From Chiloscyllium plagiosum (lineage: Eukaryota): a stretch of 64,000 nt of DNA. A model generated the notes under the pieces. That model ran no database searches and was not told the origin of the DNA. It saw nothing but the letters and a program-made list of their open reading frames with translations. This document shows positions 1 to 12,606 of the stretch, in pieces. The DNA is taken from assembly GCF_004010195.1 (NCBI RefSeq), contig NC_057719.1:24994750-25058749 (forward strand), in the 5' to 3' direction. How positions within the stretch are numbered: the stretch's first letter is position 1; every line of letters starts with the position of its first letter. The position numbers and the translations under genes are program-made.

Positions 1-480
1 AGATGTGCTGCCATTTGAGGGGCTCCAAAGAATGATCCCAGGAATAAAGGGCTTATGTAAGGAACGGTTGAAGACTCTGGGTCTGTACTTGGAGTTTAGA
101 AGAATAAGGAGGGATCTTTTTGAAGCTTAAAGAATACTGAGATAACTGTTTAGAGTTAATGTGAAGATGTTTCCACTAGTAGAAGAGACTAGGGTCTAAG
201 GACACAGCCTTGGAGTGAAGGGATGACCCTTTAGAACTAAGATGAGGATGAATTTATTCAGCCAGTGAGTAGTGAATCTGTGGAACTCATTGCTACAGAT
301 TTATGGAGGCCAATTCATTGAGTGCATTTAGAACAGAGGTAGATTTTTGATTAGTAAGAGGGTTGAGAGTTATGGAGAGAAGGCAGGAGAATAGCGTGAG
401 AAACACATCAGCCATGATACAATGGTAGAATCAACTTGATGGGCTGAATTGACTAATTCTGCTCCTATATGTTGTGGTTT
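1..480 (+). mobile_element. CR1-type LINE, degraded 3' end
   Basis: Decayed reading of the CR1 ORF2 C-terminus (MIPGIKGL..ERLKTLGLY..EFRR.RGDL, TRV.GHSL.VKG) followed by a CR1-like 3' tail. Confidence 0.8.
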
Positions 481-893
481 TATGGAATTGGATAAATACT
501 TAAAAAAGGTCAAAAGTTAGAGAACAATGGAAAAGGCAGGTGTGTAGGACAACGTTCTCAAAGTTTTATAGTATGCATGACCAGTTTTTCAGTGTGTAAT
601 ACCTTTTAATTTTTGTTGGTCAATGAATATGGGGAACAAATCCAACACTCTGCAGATGATTGCATATGGCAATTTAGCAGAAAATATTAGAGTGGAACGA
701 ATGAATAACACTTTTAAAGAGCCACAAACTTCGTGGTCCAAATGGCTTCCTGCGCTCATCACATTCTGTTTCTCTCAGGCAGTAATTCAAAACAATTTTG
801 TGTATAACTTTTTGGGTAGCAGCACCTTTTATTCAGAAGGATAATATGCATTTCTGTTGTAATCAAAATAATATTTAGATTATATTTTTACAG

Positions 894-1102
894 GTTGTGA
901 AGATATTGTGATGGAGAGCATCTCCTTGGACACCTTGATTTCTATTCTGAAATGGAGTTCACAGCCTTATGGTTCTAAATGGGTTTATCGCCAGGCACTT
1001 AACTTCCTATGTGAGGAGTTCACTTCTGTCATGGTCTCAGATGTGTTCTTTGAACTCGGCAAGGACCATTTGCCTTCTGTCCTTCAGTCAGACTATTTGC
1101 AG
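894..1102 (+). CDS. BTBD7: BTBD7 internal coding exon (BACK-domain region)
   Basis: ttttacag|GT..CAG|gtattg; 209 nt, phase 1 to 0; encodes GCEDIVMESISLDTLISILKWSSQPYGSKWVYRQAL...SDYLQ, matching vertebrate BTBD7 as recalled. Confidence 0.96.
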
Positions 1103-1147
1103 GTATTGGGTCTTTTACAGTAAAATATTCAGTAAATTTATAATTTG

Positions 1148-1302
1148 GAGATGCCGGTGTTGGACAGTGGTGTACAAAGTTAAAAATCTCAACACCAGGG
1201 TATAGTCCAACAGGTTTAATTGGAAGCACCAGCTTTCAAAGCACTGCTCCTTCAGCTGGTTGATGATGAAGGAGCAACGCTCCGAAAGCTAGTGCTTCCA
1301 AG
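1148..1302. mobile_element. PLE terminal-repeat fragment with inverted arms and degenerate HHR
   Basis: Same family as the 3' end of the PLE at 42840-42965. The + arm reads ATGATGA-A-GGAG-caacg-CTCC-GAAAG-CTA (C3 lost). Confidence 0.75.
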
Positions 1303-1338
1303 TAAGTTTATAGTTTGACAAAGCTAGTTACCTAAATA

Positions 1339-1406
1339 GCTGAAAATGTGTTGCTGGAAAAGCACAGCAGGTCAGGCAGCATCCAAGGAGCAGGAGAATC
1401 GACGTT
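1339..1406 (-). mobile_element. 68-bp truncated HHR mini-element (family A) with 12-bp TSD
   Basis: GTTACCTAAATA at 1327-1338 and 1407-1418 flanks a fragment of the family seen intact at 35523. Confidence 0.85.
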
Positions 1407-1952
1407 GTTACCTAAATATGCAAACTCAGATTTCTTAGAGTGAGTCCACTGTGCTTGACCACCTGTGATTTGACAATCTTGAGTGAGAATGGTGCTATTA
1501 TAGGAAATGGAAAACTGGCTGCTTGTTTGTGCCAAACATTAAACTGAATTTTATTTTTTAGGTTGCTCTTCCTCATCGCGAACAAAACAATTCCCCTAAA
1601 ACTAACTTAAAAACCAGTTCAAAACATTTTCAGGAATGTTTGTTACTTAACAAGTGGGAGGCTGCCTTTAAATAGAGAAAATGTTAGACCTTGTTTAAAC
1701 ATTAACTGATAGAGTTGCTGTAAACTGATAAAGTATCTTCCTTTTGCAAAAATGGCAAATGCCATTTAGAATTTCCTTTCCGTTTAATTTAAATTTTCTT
1801 GGATTCCAAAGTAAAAGAATATTGAAAGATTTGCTTGAATTTCAATTTATTCATTATGTAGCTTTCTGTAAACATAAAAGGAGTACTGTTTACATAAAGC
1901 CCATCCCTAAAGCATGCAATGTAACTTCACACAGGCTGTATTCAATTATTGC

Positions 1953-2150
1953 TTAAAAATGTGTTGCTGGAAAAGTGCAGCAGGTCAGGCAGCATCAAAG
2001 GAGAAGGAGAATCGACGTTTCGGGCACAAGCCCTTCAGGAATTATGCAACGTCGATTCTCCTGCTCCTTTGATGCTGCCTGACCTGCTGCGCTTTTCCAG
2101 CAGCACATTTCTAAGCTCTGATCCCCAGCATCTGCAGTCCTCACTTTCTC
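1953..2150. mobile_element. Family A PLE mini-element, inverted arms plus 34-nt tail
   Basis: Direct repeat CTGTATTCAATTATTGC at 1936-1952 and 2151-2167; arms are reverse complements; unpaired tail 2117-2150. Confidence 0.88.
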
Positions 2151-2243
2151 CTGTATTCAATTATTGCAAGGGATGAGAGTTAGAGATGACTGAAGCCTTT
2201 GTTCTGACTGCATTGAATGTGTCACTTGGCATTAGAATTGCAT

Positions 2244-2411
2244 GCTGAAAGTGTTGCTGGAAAAGCGCAGCAGGTCAGGCAGCATCCAGGGAACAGGAGA
2301 ATCGACGTTTCGGGCATAAGCCCTTCTTGATGCTGCCTGACCTGCTGTGCTTTTCCAGCAACACATTTTCAGCTCTGATCTCCAGCATCTGCAGACCTCA
2401 CTTTCTTCTCG
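2244..2411. mobile_element. Family A PLE mini-element, inverted arms
   Basis: TSD TAGAATTGCAT at 2233-2243 and 2412-2422; inverted arms; partial HHR (stem II-GAAAC-GTC) on the - strand. Confidence 0.88.
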
Positions 2412-2959
2412 TAGAATTGCATAACATTTCAAAATAAAGCATAAATAATTTTTAGTCATTAAATTTAAGAGTCTGAGAAATGCTAATTGTTCCATATATT
2501 AAAAAGACTTCAAATCAATTTGTCTATGTAATGACTTGATGATCCATGAGATTAATGCAAACTACAAGTTAGGATAGTGATTTTATAGAAGGAAATTCAT
2601 TTAATCTACAGCAAATCCAAGGAAGTTCTTCATAGCGCAACATACCACTAACAGTGAGAATCAAATCTAAGTTTGATACTCCACTTCTTGAGAAAGATAG
2701 CATTTTCTTGCCTGAGTTGTACTGGTTCAGAATTGCAGTTTAACCTATTCCTGACCTATTTCTTATTCCTCTTTTTATCCTTCCCTTTTTTTATTTAAAA
2801 TAAAACTTCCTTTAGGGAGCCCTTCAGTGTTGTTACAGGACTTTGGTGTATTTTGTTCCCTCATCATGAAAATGACACATTATTTAAAATTCTATTAAAA
2901 TATTAATCTTCACAATCAATGTACGGATATAAGTTTCGATATCAGACATTTAACTAAGT

Positions 2960-3700
2960 GCCTCTGCCACTTCCACACTTTCGCCTAGCTCAGTGAAAGC
3001 TCTTCTGTAATAATCACCCACCCATCATTATGCTAGCTTTGAACTTGTACCTTTGAGTTTCTCTTCTACCTCCACTCATGTTCTTCATGTCCATGAGCCC
3101 ATGTCCTGCTTTCTGAATCTTATTCCCACTAAATCACTACCTAACCTTTGTTCCTACTTGCATATTAACTGGTATTATTGACATGTTTGTCTGCTCAAGT
3201 TATAGCCCTATCTCCTACAAATCTCTTGTTGTCAATGCTCTCTATTATCAACCAATCTTCAAACTCCTTTTTCTTAAGTCCTCGAACCTGGATGTTACCT
3301 CAAGTTCAATCCCATTTTTCCTGTAATGATGCGTCATCTCCTCCAATTGGATTTCTATTCCTGCTATAATGCTGAGACTGCTCTTTGTAATACTAACAAA
3401 ACCAGACTATGTTGCCCTCCTTTTCAACGTCTGTGCAGTTCTTGACAGTTAGTCATGCCATCCACTTCAACCTATGTGCTCTTAATTCTCATCTACATGT
3501 TGCTTGTCAGTGACCTAATATGAAAACATAATTTCAGTTCCAATATGTACACTGCTGTTACCCATCACCCTTCTCAACTTTACGCTGTCTCTAAATTGTC
3601 AAAGTGCTTATCAAACATCCAAAATTGGATGAGCAGAAATTTCATTCAGATAACGAGTAGGAAGATTGAAGCCATTACTTTCAGTTCCCAATGCATTCTG
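2960..3700 (+). mobile_element. Highly degraded L2/CR1-group LINE RT fragment
   Basis: Residual motifs AETAL, LFNVCAVLD (like LDLSAAFD) and CLSNIQNWMSRNFIQI..RKIEAI; many indels. Confidence 0.55.
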
Positions 3701-3711
3701 CTATCTTACTG

Positions 3712-3920
3712 AAAGTTAGCTCAGTTGGCTGGATGGCTGGTTTGTGATACAAAGTGATGCCAACTGATTATGTTCAAATCCCATACTTGCTGAGATTACC
3801 ATGACGGAATTGCTTTTCCAACCTCTTTCCTTTTGTAAGGCATGGTGACCCTTAGGTTAAACCATCACCAGTCATCTCTCTGTAATGAGAAAGCAGACCT
3901 ATGACCTGGTAAGACTTGAT
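3712..3920 (+). mobile_element. tRNA-derived SINE (family not named)
   Basis: Pol III A-box-like TAGCTCAGTTGG and B-box-like GTTCAAATCCC at the 5' end; no cloverleaf. Confidence 0.6.
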
Positions 3921-4139
3921 GCCTTTATTAGTGATATTATGACACTAGTGGTTTCATGACACCATTATTAGTACTAGCTTTATGTTCCATGTAGATGAAT
4001 TGATCAGATTCCCCCAGCTCCCATGGTTGGATTTGAACTAGTGTTTCAGAGCATTAAGCTGAGTATTTGGATTTCTAGTCCAGTGATATCACTGTTAAGA
4101 CATGGCCTCTCTCTTCCAGTTAAGTAGCACATGGATTTT

Positions 4140-4680
4140 TTTATCGTTGTTCCCAAATCCCTCCATTGTCCCTCAGAAAACCATGCTGAATTTTCCTCAT
4201 TACCTCGAGTTTTTCTATGAAGTTATGCCTAGCCACAATTGATTCGAACACTTTCCCACAACACACCCTGAAGAACATTTTGTTTGCTATTTTTCAGCCT
4301 GATAGAACCTTTTCTGAATCTAGTGCGTTTTGAAAAATTAACACCAGTGCATCTACTACTTCATTAGCCATCTCGAGACTCCTAGGATGAAGTTCATCAA
4401 GACCTGGGGATGTCTCGATCTTTGCCTCCATCAGTTTGCTCAGTACTGTCTCCCTGATTTCACCAGACTCCTCCCTTTCATTTTCTGATTTATTGCTTAA
4501 ATTTTTTTCTTTGCCTCCTCTTTACTGAAGACAGATGAAAAATAAATTATTCATTTCATCTGCTGTTTCTTTGCTGTCGACTGTTAACTCCCCATTCTCA
4601 TACTGTGGAAGATTAACACATTTTTTTTAAACAAGATACCCATAGGAACTCTTCCAGTCTGTTGTTACATTTATTCCAAG
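4140..4680 (-). mobile_element. CR1 LINE ORF2 fragment, degraded
   Basis: Minus strand gives SPGLDELHPR..EVVDALVLIFQ, typical of CR1 ORF2 upstream of the RT. Confidence 0.6.
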
Positions 4681-5064
4681 TAATGACTTAGTGCTAAGTC
4701 ATCCTTCTGATTGATTAATTAAGAATGTTGATTGCTGATTATGCTATGAATGCATCTAAAGTATATACAATTTTTAATGGGTTTCTAATTGATATATTGG
4801 AGATCAACATTTATGAAAGATTTTTTGGCATAACTTCAAGCTTCAAATTATACTTTATAGTTTTGCCTATTGCCCTTTTATGGGGGCACTAAAGTGTTAT
4901 CAATGATTTAGGTATAAGCAGTTGCCAAATGTGCGTTCTATCAAAGCAATTCATGGTAATAATTACGTCCTGAACATCTTGTATCCTGTCACTTTCTCTT
5001 CACATGATTCTAGATATTTTGTAAGAAAATTTAAGAAATTAACAATACTTGCATTTTATTTAAG

Positions 5065-5140
5065 GCTAGTGAACAAGACATCCTAAAATACATAAGTAAG
5101 TGGGGAGAGCACCAACTCATGAAACAAATGGCAGAAAGAG
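5065..5140 (+). CDS. BTBD7: BTBD7 coding exon
   Basis: tttaag|GCT..AGAG|gtgaga; 76 nt; ASEQDILKYISKWGEHQLMKQMAER. Confidence 0.95.
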
Positions 5141-6814
5141 GTGAGAATTTGTTTATAAATTTTAAATCATTTTCTGAATCTCTGGTTAACCAGAATATGC
5201 AAGTAGAGTTGTAGAAATCATTGTGCGAAACCAGGAACTTTTAAAGACAAATACAAAATAAAAACTTTCTTGACACTCAATTACTCCAAAGCATCCATAC
5301 TTGTTTTGAGATGGTATTATTACTGAAGTAAATTTTATTCAGTGTCCAACTTTTAAATTTCCTTAATTTATGTATGTTACTTACACAAGTAAAACTGATC
5401 TAGATTAAATTCAAATCAACTTGTTTTCTCTAGATTTAAATTTGTGTTGTTTGAATTGAAACTATACCACCCTGGATGATTTTTAAAACAAAAAACATGG
5501 TTCAGAATATGGTTTAAAGAAGTATGTATTCTTAGATTTAAATACATAAGTTTCAGTTCTGTAATGTGTCTTTGGAAAAAGTAAACTGCAAGGTTATTTT
5601 TAAATAGAAATAAATAATGTTATGCATGGTGTTGCATTTGTTACATATAAACTTGGCATTATAATTCTAGGATTGCTTTCAACAAATTGAATTCTTAATT
5701 TGTGATTGTTCCGTTTTTTAAAACTGAACAATCTCAAACTTAAATACATAAGATATGGAAGAATTGGAGATTTTTATTTAAAAATATACTAATAATGAAA
5801 GTTATAGATTGGGTGAGTCTTTGTTTCAATTTAGTCCTTATTTTGAAAACTAATCACACTTAAAGGAGTTTGAAGCATGAAGGAAGTCCATTAACACACT
5901 GTTGCAGTAACGTTTTTTTGGATTGAGATCAATGTACCTGAAATCTCTTGTTAATTTGAAATTGACCCAGTTCTCTTTCAGTACTTGAATGAACTAAACT
6001 TTATGCAGCATTAGTTTCTGGTCTGTTGTGCAAGGTAACCGCAAGTGTGCAGAGGCAATTCCTTAGTTCAATTTTGTTGTGTAATCAGTTTCTCTAATCC
6101 TAGCCTTGCATAAAATGTCTGTCTCCAAATTTTCTATAAGGTCCCTTCACTTAAAAGTTAAAAGTTTTTCTACACTCTTTCACCTTCAGCGAATCTTCCT
6201 TCGTACAGAACTTTCAACCTCTTGTGGTAACTTTAAGTGCAGTGGTTAAGGATTATGAATTGGGATGGACTAATGAATTTTCTCACATAGCATTTAGTTA
6301 ATGACTGGTGTGCATTTTAAATAAATAATATTCAACTTGTTAAAACTAGCCCTTTTGAATAATGAACAAAATCTAAATAAACTTGACCCATCCAAACAAG
6401 TCTGTTACCTGGATTCTAGAGCACCTAGTCTGTTTTTGCAATACTGCTGTATTCCTATGACCTATGTTAGCTCCTGGTTTGATGTCTTGATTTTCCAATT
6501 CTCTCATTTTTTTGTTCAAATCATGTTATAACGTCATCTCCAATCTCTGTAAACCCCGTCAAATCTGTTTAAAACTCTGTACTCCAACCCTAGCCTCTTG
6601 CACATTCTCTTTCTTTCTTGATCATCTGATCTAATATCTCTGTGGCTGAGTGTCAAATATTGCTTGGCATTGCTGTTAATTGTCCTGGGGTGTTTTTACC
6701 ATATTCAAGATGCTTTATAAATGCAATTTATTGATATTTATGTTTTCTTTTGTTTTCCATTCTTTGGAATGAAAAATTGTGATGATTGCTATTAATGCTC
6801 TGTTTTTGGTTTAG

Positions 6815-6975
6815 AGCCAAACCTGCTGAGTGGAACTGCACACAGTGTCAACAAGAGAGGTGTAAAGCGACGTGATCTTGACCCAGAGGAACTGAAAGAG
6901 ATCTTGTCCCCACTGCTGTCTCATATTCGCATAGATCATATTCTGCCCCAGAACAGCGAAGTTCTTAATGATGCT
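6815..6975 (+). CDS. BTBD7: BTBD7 coding exon
   Basis: ttttggtttag|AG..GCT|gtgggt; 161 nt; EPNLLSGTAHSVNKRGVKRRDLD...SEVLNDA. Confidence 0.95.
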
Positions 6976-7609
6976 GTGGGTTTTACAGTTTGTTTATTTT
7001 TAAAAGAAAACTATTTTGTTTGACTTTAGAAGGTTACTCTGTCCCTTAATTGTGTAGCTCATTTTATGATCCATCTAATTCTTGGATTCAACATGAGTGA
7101 TTAAGGAAACCTCTTTCCCAGTACCCTTATCTGTGGTTCATTGTAACAGCCTGCTGTGACATAGATGTGGGTCAGTGGCCATTTGTAGGACTCTGTACTT
7201 CAGTTATATGCTTCTTCTTGCTTCTCTTACTGTTGTGTTCTCATGCTTTGCTTCACAATATTACTGTTTGCCAATACTAAACTGATTAATGGCAGCTGGA
7301 CTATAAATGGGGAATGAATCTGTTTTTGGTTAGAGCTGTTGTAATCAATAAATAGCAGTTGTGTAAATTATGGTGATTAGTGCCAAGGCCATAATGACTT
7401 TTAATCTGGCTGGGGGAAATTTTGGGTATTTTTGCATCACTCTATGAAATAGAGCTATACTTGCTATACATTCTCAGGGAGCACTGTAGATGCAAGAGGA
7501 CAACATAATCACATATCACGTTCCATTTGGTGGGGTTTATATAGCAAAATCAGGAGTGGTATATCAATTGAAATGCTGATGCCATTGCAATACCATTTTT
7601 GCTCTTTAG

Positions 7610-7753
7610 ATAAAGAGAGGACTGATTAGCACGCCACCATCAGATATGCTGCCAACAGCAGAAAGCGGAAAATCTCATGCTTGGATACGTCAGAAGAATG
7701 CTGGGATATATGTGAAACCTCGTTTATTTGCACCATATGTGGAGGAGGCAAAG
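7610..7753 (+). CDS. BTBD7: BTBD7 coding exon
   Basis: ctctttag|ATA..AAG|gtatag; 144 nt; IKRGLISTPPSDMLPT...PRLFAPYVEEAK. Confidence 0.95.
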
Positions 7754-8407
7754 GTATAGTTTATTTTTTTTAAAATAAATGTAAATCATATTCCAAAACG
7801 GAAAGCTGTCCATTAAACATATACTTTACAATTTAATATCTTCAATATGAACTAAAATAGATAAATGTAAACTATTTTCTGTTTTATTCCTTGTATTTAA
7901 ATGAGGTATTGTAATCTCTTCATAATCATAGGCTGTAGTAAATTTAGAATACCCTCCACAAGGAGTGCAATAACTTGCTTGGTCTTTGATGACTTTTATA
8001 GCTCCCATTTGGCACTGTGCCATATGCTCTGTCTGTTCAATTGGATGATGTTTCGCAGTTAGAATTGCTGGGTCCTGTGTTTTGTACAAGACAGCTTATT
8101 AGATTAAGTGTTTGTGAGATCTGGCAGGGGTACAGTAATGTGTCCTGAGTGAGCTTGGAACATGTCTTAACACTTGAAATAACACACGTTTTAGGTTTGA
8201 AGTTAAATTTTAACAGAGCAGTTTAGTTTTTAATTTTGATTATGTTAATTTTCATTGTAAACTTCTGATTTATAATACTGACATTTTCATTTATCTCACT
8301 CTTTAAAAATGAGAACTCCGAAATAAGTGGCAGTAAAAATAAGTATGCAACTAGGTAAAGACTTGGGCCTATATTTGAATAAAATGTTATTGCATTCTAA
8401 GCATTTA

Positions 8408-9041
8408 CATGGGAACCTCGTTTATGTGAACAAGATGGGTGGGCACTATTTCGTTCGGATAATTGATTATTCGTTTAATCGATTCGGTGCCTTTCTTCTG
8501 GGGCTCTGAGTTTTCTATTAAGTCTGCTCCCCGTTCAGGAGACTAGCAGCAGCACAGCGTGCGTGAGCCCCCGCCCCCAGCATCGCCCACTGCAAGCCCC
8601 ATCCAACACAGTTTCCCGCCTGCCCCCCAACACTGCCCCCCCACGGTGCGACTCCGTCCGCCTCCACATCCACCCCCCTCTCCAGGGCAGCCGGACTGGA
8701 CACCAACAACAAGACTGTTGCTGCTGCTACTGCCTTTTGGCGAGTGAGTCTTCAAGTGGCACGCACACAACTTTTTACTGTAACTTTTAAGGTATATGCC
8801 TGTGTAGAACTCCAGGGAAAGTGTGGGAAGAGAGAAAGAGAGGATGGGAGGTCAGTCATTTAGTGTCTACGCTCCCATCAGTCCAGGACTGTTCTTGGCA
8901 GCACTTTTAATCATTGTAAACAAAAGACGCGATCAGTGTTGGACACACCTCTTTGATGTAATGGTTCTGTCGGGACCTCAAGATCTCCTTTGGATAATCC
9001 GATTTTTGAATAATTGATATTCTGATAAGTGAGGTTCCCTG
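8408..9041. mobile_element. Non-autonomous Tc1/mariner-pogo (Tigger-like) DNA transposon / MITE
   Basis: TA at both ends (8406-7, 9042-3); imperfect TIRs CATGGGAACCTCGTTTAT and revcomp CAGGGAACCTCACTTAT; subterminal GGATAAT repeats. Confidence 0.75.
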
Positions 9042-9419
9042 TAATTACAATCTCTTTCAGTTTGGCATAAATGTCAATTAATACTTTGATATTCTGTTTC
9101 CTTTATTAGATTTGAATTCTTAAATTCCATCTTGTCAGTTAGATTTTCTGTATATACTTTTATGCAGTTCAGTTGACTCCATCTGTCTACAGTTTGTTTA
9201 CGATTGTTCATTGATATTAATTTGGACACATTAAGCTGTTTGTCTCTAACTGTTACTGTACACAGTTTTATTTTGTCTGATCTGTAACATTTTCTCTGAC
9301 TATAGTGGGTCATTTTAATTTTGCAGAATAAAGATATAAGTAAGACAGTTACCCTATGTAGAATGTTACCTTTCAGAAATATGCTTGTATAAATACTTAA
9401 GGTATGTGCTGCACTTTAT

Positions 9420-10900
9420 TTTATTTAGTCATACAGCTTGGAAACAGATCCTTCGGTCTAATCATGTTTCCAAACTAAAGCAGTCCCAGTTGACTGTGTT
9501 TAGCTCATATAATTCCAAATTTTTCCTATTCATGAACTTATCCATGTGCTTTTTAAATATTGTAACCATACCTGCATCCACCACTTCCTATGGCAGTTCA
9601 TTCCACACACTGAAAAAGTTGCCTGTTGTCCTTTTCAAGTTTTTCTCCTCTCACCTTAAAAATATGGTTCCTAGTTTTGAACGAACTCACCCTAGGGAAA
9701 AGACCCTTGTTATTCACCTTATCTACATCCCTCATGATTTTTTAAACCTCTATTAGGTCACCCCTCAACCTTCCTAGTTCCAGTGGAAAAAGTCCCAGCT
9801 TATTTATATAACTCATCTTCCATTCCTGGCAACACTTTGGTAATTTTTTTTAACCCTCTCCAATTTAATAATATCCTTCCTATAGCAGGGCGACCAGACT
9901 GTGTGTACACAGAAGAGGCCTCACCAACATCCTGTACAACCTCAACATGATATCCCAACTACTATAATCAAAGGTCTAAGCAATAAAGGCAAACTTGTTA
10001 AACTGCTCCTTAACCACACTGACAGACATTTTGAAGAATTATGTACCTGAACATCTAGGTCTCTGTGTTCTATAACTTTAGATACATTAGAGACATTTAA
10101 GCGACTCTTGGATAGGCACATAGAAAGTAGCACAATGAAGGGTATGTAGGTTAGTCCGATCTTAGAGAAGGATAAAAGGTCAGCAAAACATTGAGGGCTG
10201 AAGGGCAGGTATTGTGCTGTACTCTTCTTCTCTCTTACTCAGAGCCCTACCATTAATTTAATAATGTTTGTTTGTTTACTAAAATGCAATATCCCGCATT
10301 TATTCAAATTAAACTCCATCTGCCACTCCTCAGCTCATTGACCCAATTGATCAAAATCTTTTTATAATCTTCACTGTCCAGTGTACCACCAATTTTGGTG
10401 ACATCCGTAAACTTATTACCCATGGCTCCTCAATTCTCATCCACATCATTTATATAAATGACAAGTGGACCCAGTACCAATCCCTTGTGGAATACCACTG
10501 ATCACTGGCATCCCAATCCTCAAAACAATCCTCCTCCAGCACTCTGTTTTCTAGCATCAAGCCAATTTTGAATCCAATTGGCAAGCTCACCCTGAATCCC
10601 ATGTGATCTAACTTTACTAATTAGTCAACCATGTGGAACTTTGTTTATTGCAAGGTTTGTGAAGGTTTGTAGCTCAGCTTGAGGGTTAGGTTGTAGCTTT
10701 GCTTGCTGAGCAAACCTACAGCTCAGCGAGCAAAGCTACACCCTAAACTTTGTTTATGTGGACTTTAGTAACATCGTTACCACCTCAAAAAACTCAATCA
10801 AGTTTGAGAGACAGCGATTTCCCTTTGTGCAAAGCCATGCTTAATCAGTCCTTCCCTCTCCAAATGCATGTAAGTCCTATTTTTCAGAATTGCCTCTAAT
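9420..10900 (-). mobile_element. CR1 LINE 3' portion, degraded and with nested inserts
   Basis: CR1 3' tail at ~9430 and RT-region remnants (GIPQGIGTGSTC-like, FTDVTKIGGTLDSE) on the - strand. Confidence 0.75.
10649..10745. mobile_element. Short PLE terminal fragment (family E) with 12-bp TSD, nested in CR1
   Basis: AACTTTGTTTAT at 10637-10648 and 10746-10757; sequence matches the ends of the element at 12820-13375. Confidence 0.7.
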
Positions 10901-11323
10901 AACACACCACCACAGTTTGTGTATGCCTGGTAGCATGTGTAATGAAGTGAAGGTTCTGACAAGTGTAATTCATTGATTAATACTAGCTGCTTTCTTTAAA
11001 TATTGACACTAATACATAGTCAACATGTATTAACTTATCCTTGATGTTCAATGAGTAATGCAATGGATTTTGAAGAAAGTAATTTGAATAATTTAAATCC
11101 TAATAGACAATTCTCAGGGATTGCATCAGTTTATCATGAGAGCTGTGGAAGTTGAGTCGTTGAATATATTCAGGGCTGAGCTGATCAGATTTTCAATTTA
11201 CTAGGTAATCTATGGATATGGGGGAGCAGCTGGAAAACTGGTGTTAAGGCTACTGTCAATTCAGCTGCAGCCTTTTGAATGGCAGAGACGTATTTAGTGG
11301 GCTGAATGGTCCAGCACCGCTAT

Positions 11324-11648
11324 TTAGATTAGATTAGATTACTTACAGCATGGAAACAGGCCCTTCGGCCCAACAAGTCCACACCGACCCTCCGAAGAGC
11401 AACCCACCCAGACCCATTCCCCTACATTTACCCTTCACCTAACACTACGAGCAATTTTTTGCATGGCCAATTCACCTAACCTGCACATTTTTGGACTGTG
11501 GGAGGAAACCGGAGCACCCGGAGGAAACCCACGCAGACACGAGGAGAAATGTGCAAACTCTACACAGACAGTTGCCTGAGGCGTGAATTGAACCCAGGTC
11601 TCTGGCGCTGTGAGGCAGCAGTGCTAACTACTGTGCCACCGTGCCGTC
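11324..11648 (-). mobile_element. HE1-type V-SINE, full length
   Basis: tRNA-like head (GGCACGGTGGCACAGTAGTTAGC..GGGTTCAATTC), V-domain (GTGTAGAGTTTGCACATTTCTCC), CR1-derived tail and (AATCT)n end. Confidence 0.88.
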
Positions 11649-11668
11649 TCATTCTTACAATCTTACCT

Positions 11669-11868
11669 GAAAACAACAAATGCTGGAGGTCACAGCGGGT
11701 CAGACAATATCCATGGTGAGAGAGCAAGCTAACATTTCGAGATGACTTTTCATCTAGATTCGAAATGTTAGCTTGCTCACACTCCGTGCATGCTATCTGA
11801 CCCGCTGTGATCTCCAGCATTTGTTGTTTTCAGTGCAGATTCCAGCATTTGCTGTAATTTGCTCCTCC
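11669..11868. mobile_element. PLE mini-element (family B), inverted arms with degenerate HHR and ~34-nt tail
   Basis: 11669-11740 is the near reverse complement of 11760-11831; centre contains GATGAAAAGTCATC/CGAAATGTTA remnants. Confidence 0.75.
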
Positions 11869-12419
11869 TATTCGATTTTAAATTGCTCTGGCTTGTAATG
11901 GTTGCATGAACATTTGTGTTGCAAATTTTTCATATGCTATCAATTTGTTCTAACAGCAAGCAAAACTGAGGGCATAAGCAATACTTCAATTCAGATAGGA
12001 AATTTAAATAGTTCCCTGTTTGCTTTTCTGGCAGTGTTGGTAAAAACTGCTTGTTCCCCTCAAATAAAAAGTGGTTTGTGGCAGGAGGGGCTTGGATTTT
12101 GATAGACAGTAAAATGTTACTCATTGTCTCAGCAGCTTTTAGTGTTAAATTGATTAACTTCATAATGAAGTATTAAGATTAGTCCTGCTTTTCAGCAAAG
12201 CTATTAATTATAAACTTGTCTAAAAACAAATGAATTGCCCACTCTTGCATTAAATTACCAAACTAGAACATATAATCGAAAGATGGTAAAACTTGCAACA
12301 CATCACCACTTCCACTTTACAAGTTTAGCAACTTTTCAAGAAGTACATTTTTTAAAAAAAAAGGTTAATAGACAATTATTGATCACGTGATGGATTGTTA
12401 CATGAAATTTTGTTCTCAG

Positions 12420-12606
12420 GCTGTTTTGGATGAAATGATGGTAGAGCAGACTGACCTTGTGCGACTGCGCATGGTTCGCATGTCGAATGTACCAGACACC
12501 CTGTACATGGTGAACAGTGCAGTACCACAGTGTTGTCATTTAATCAGTCACCAGCCGATAGGTACACCATCCAATCCTCCTACGATCATTGCCAATGAAA
12601 TACCTG
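12420..12606 (+). CDS. BTBD7: BTBD7 coding exon
   Basis: ttctcag|GCT..CCTG|gtgagt; 187 nt; AVLDEMMVEQTDLVRLRMVRMSNVPDTLYMVN...ANEIP. Confidence 0.96.

Noticed and set aside
1339..2411. CRISPR-like or prokaryotic REP-like repeats
   Set aside because: Eukaryotic intron; copies are inverted, irregularly spaced, each with its own TSD; no cas genes.
3712..3790. tRNA gene (also considered at 11575-11648, 54672 and 55108)
   Set aside because: A/B boxes only, no cloverleaf, continues into a SINE body.
8518..8790. Pro-rich and Gly-rich ORFs
   Set aside because: Low-complexity interior of the Tigger-like MITE.
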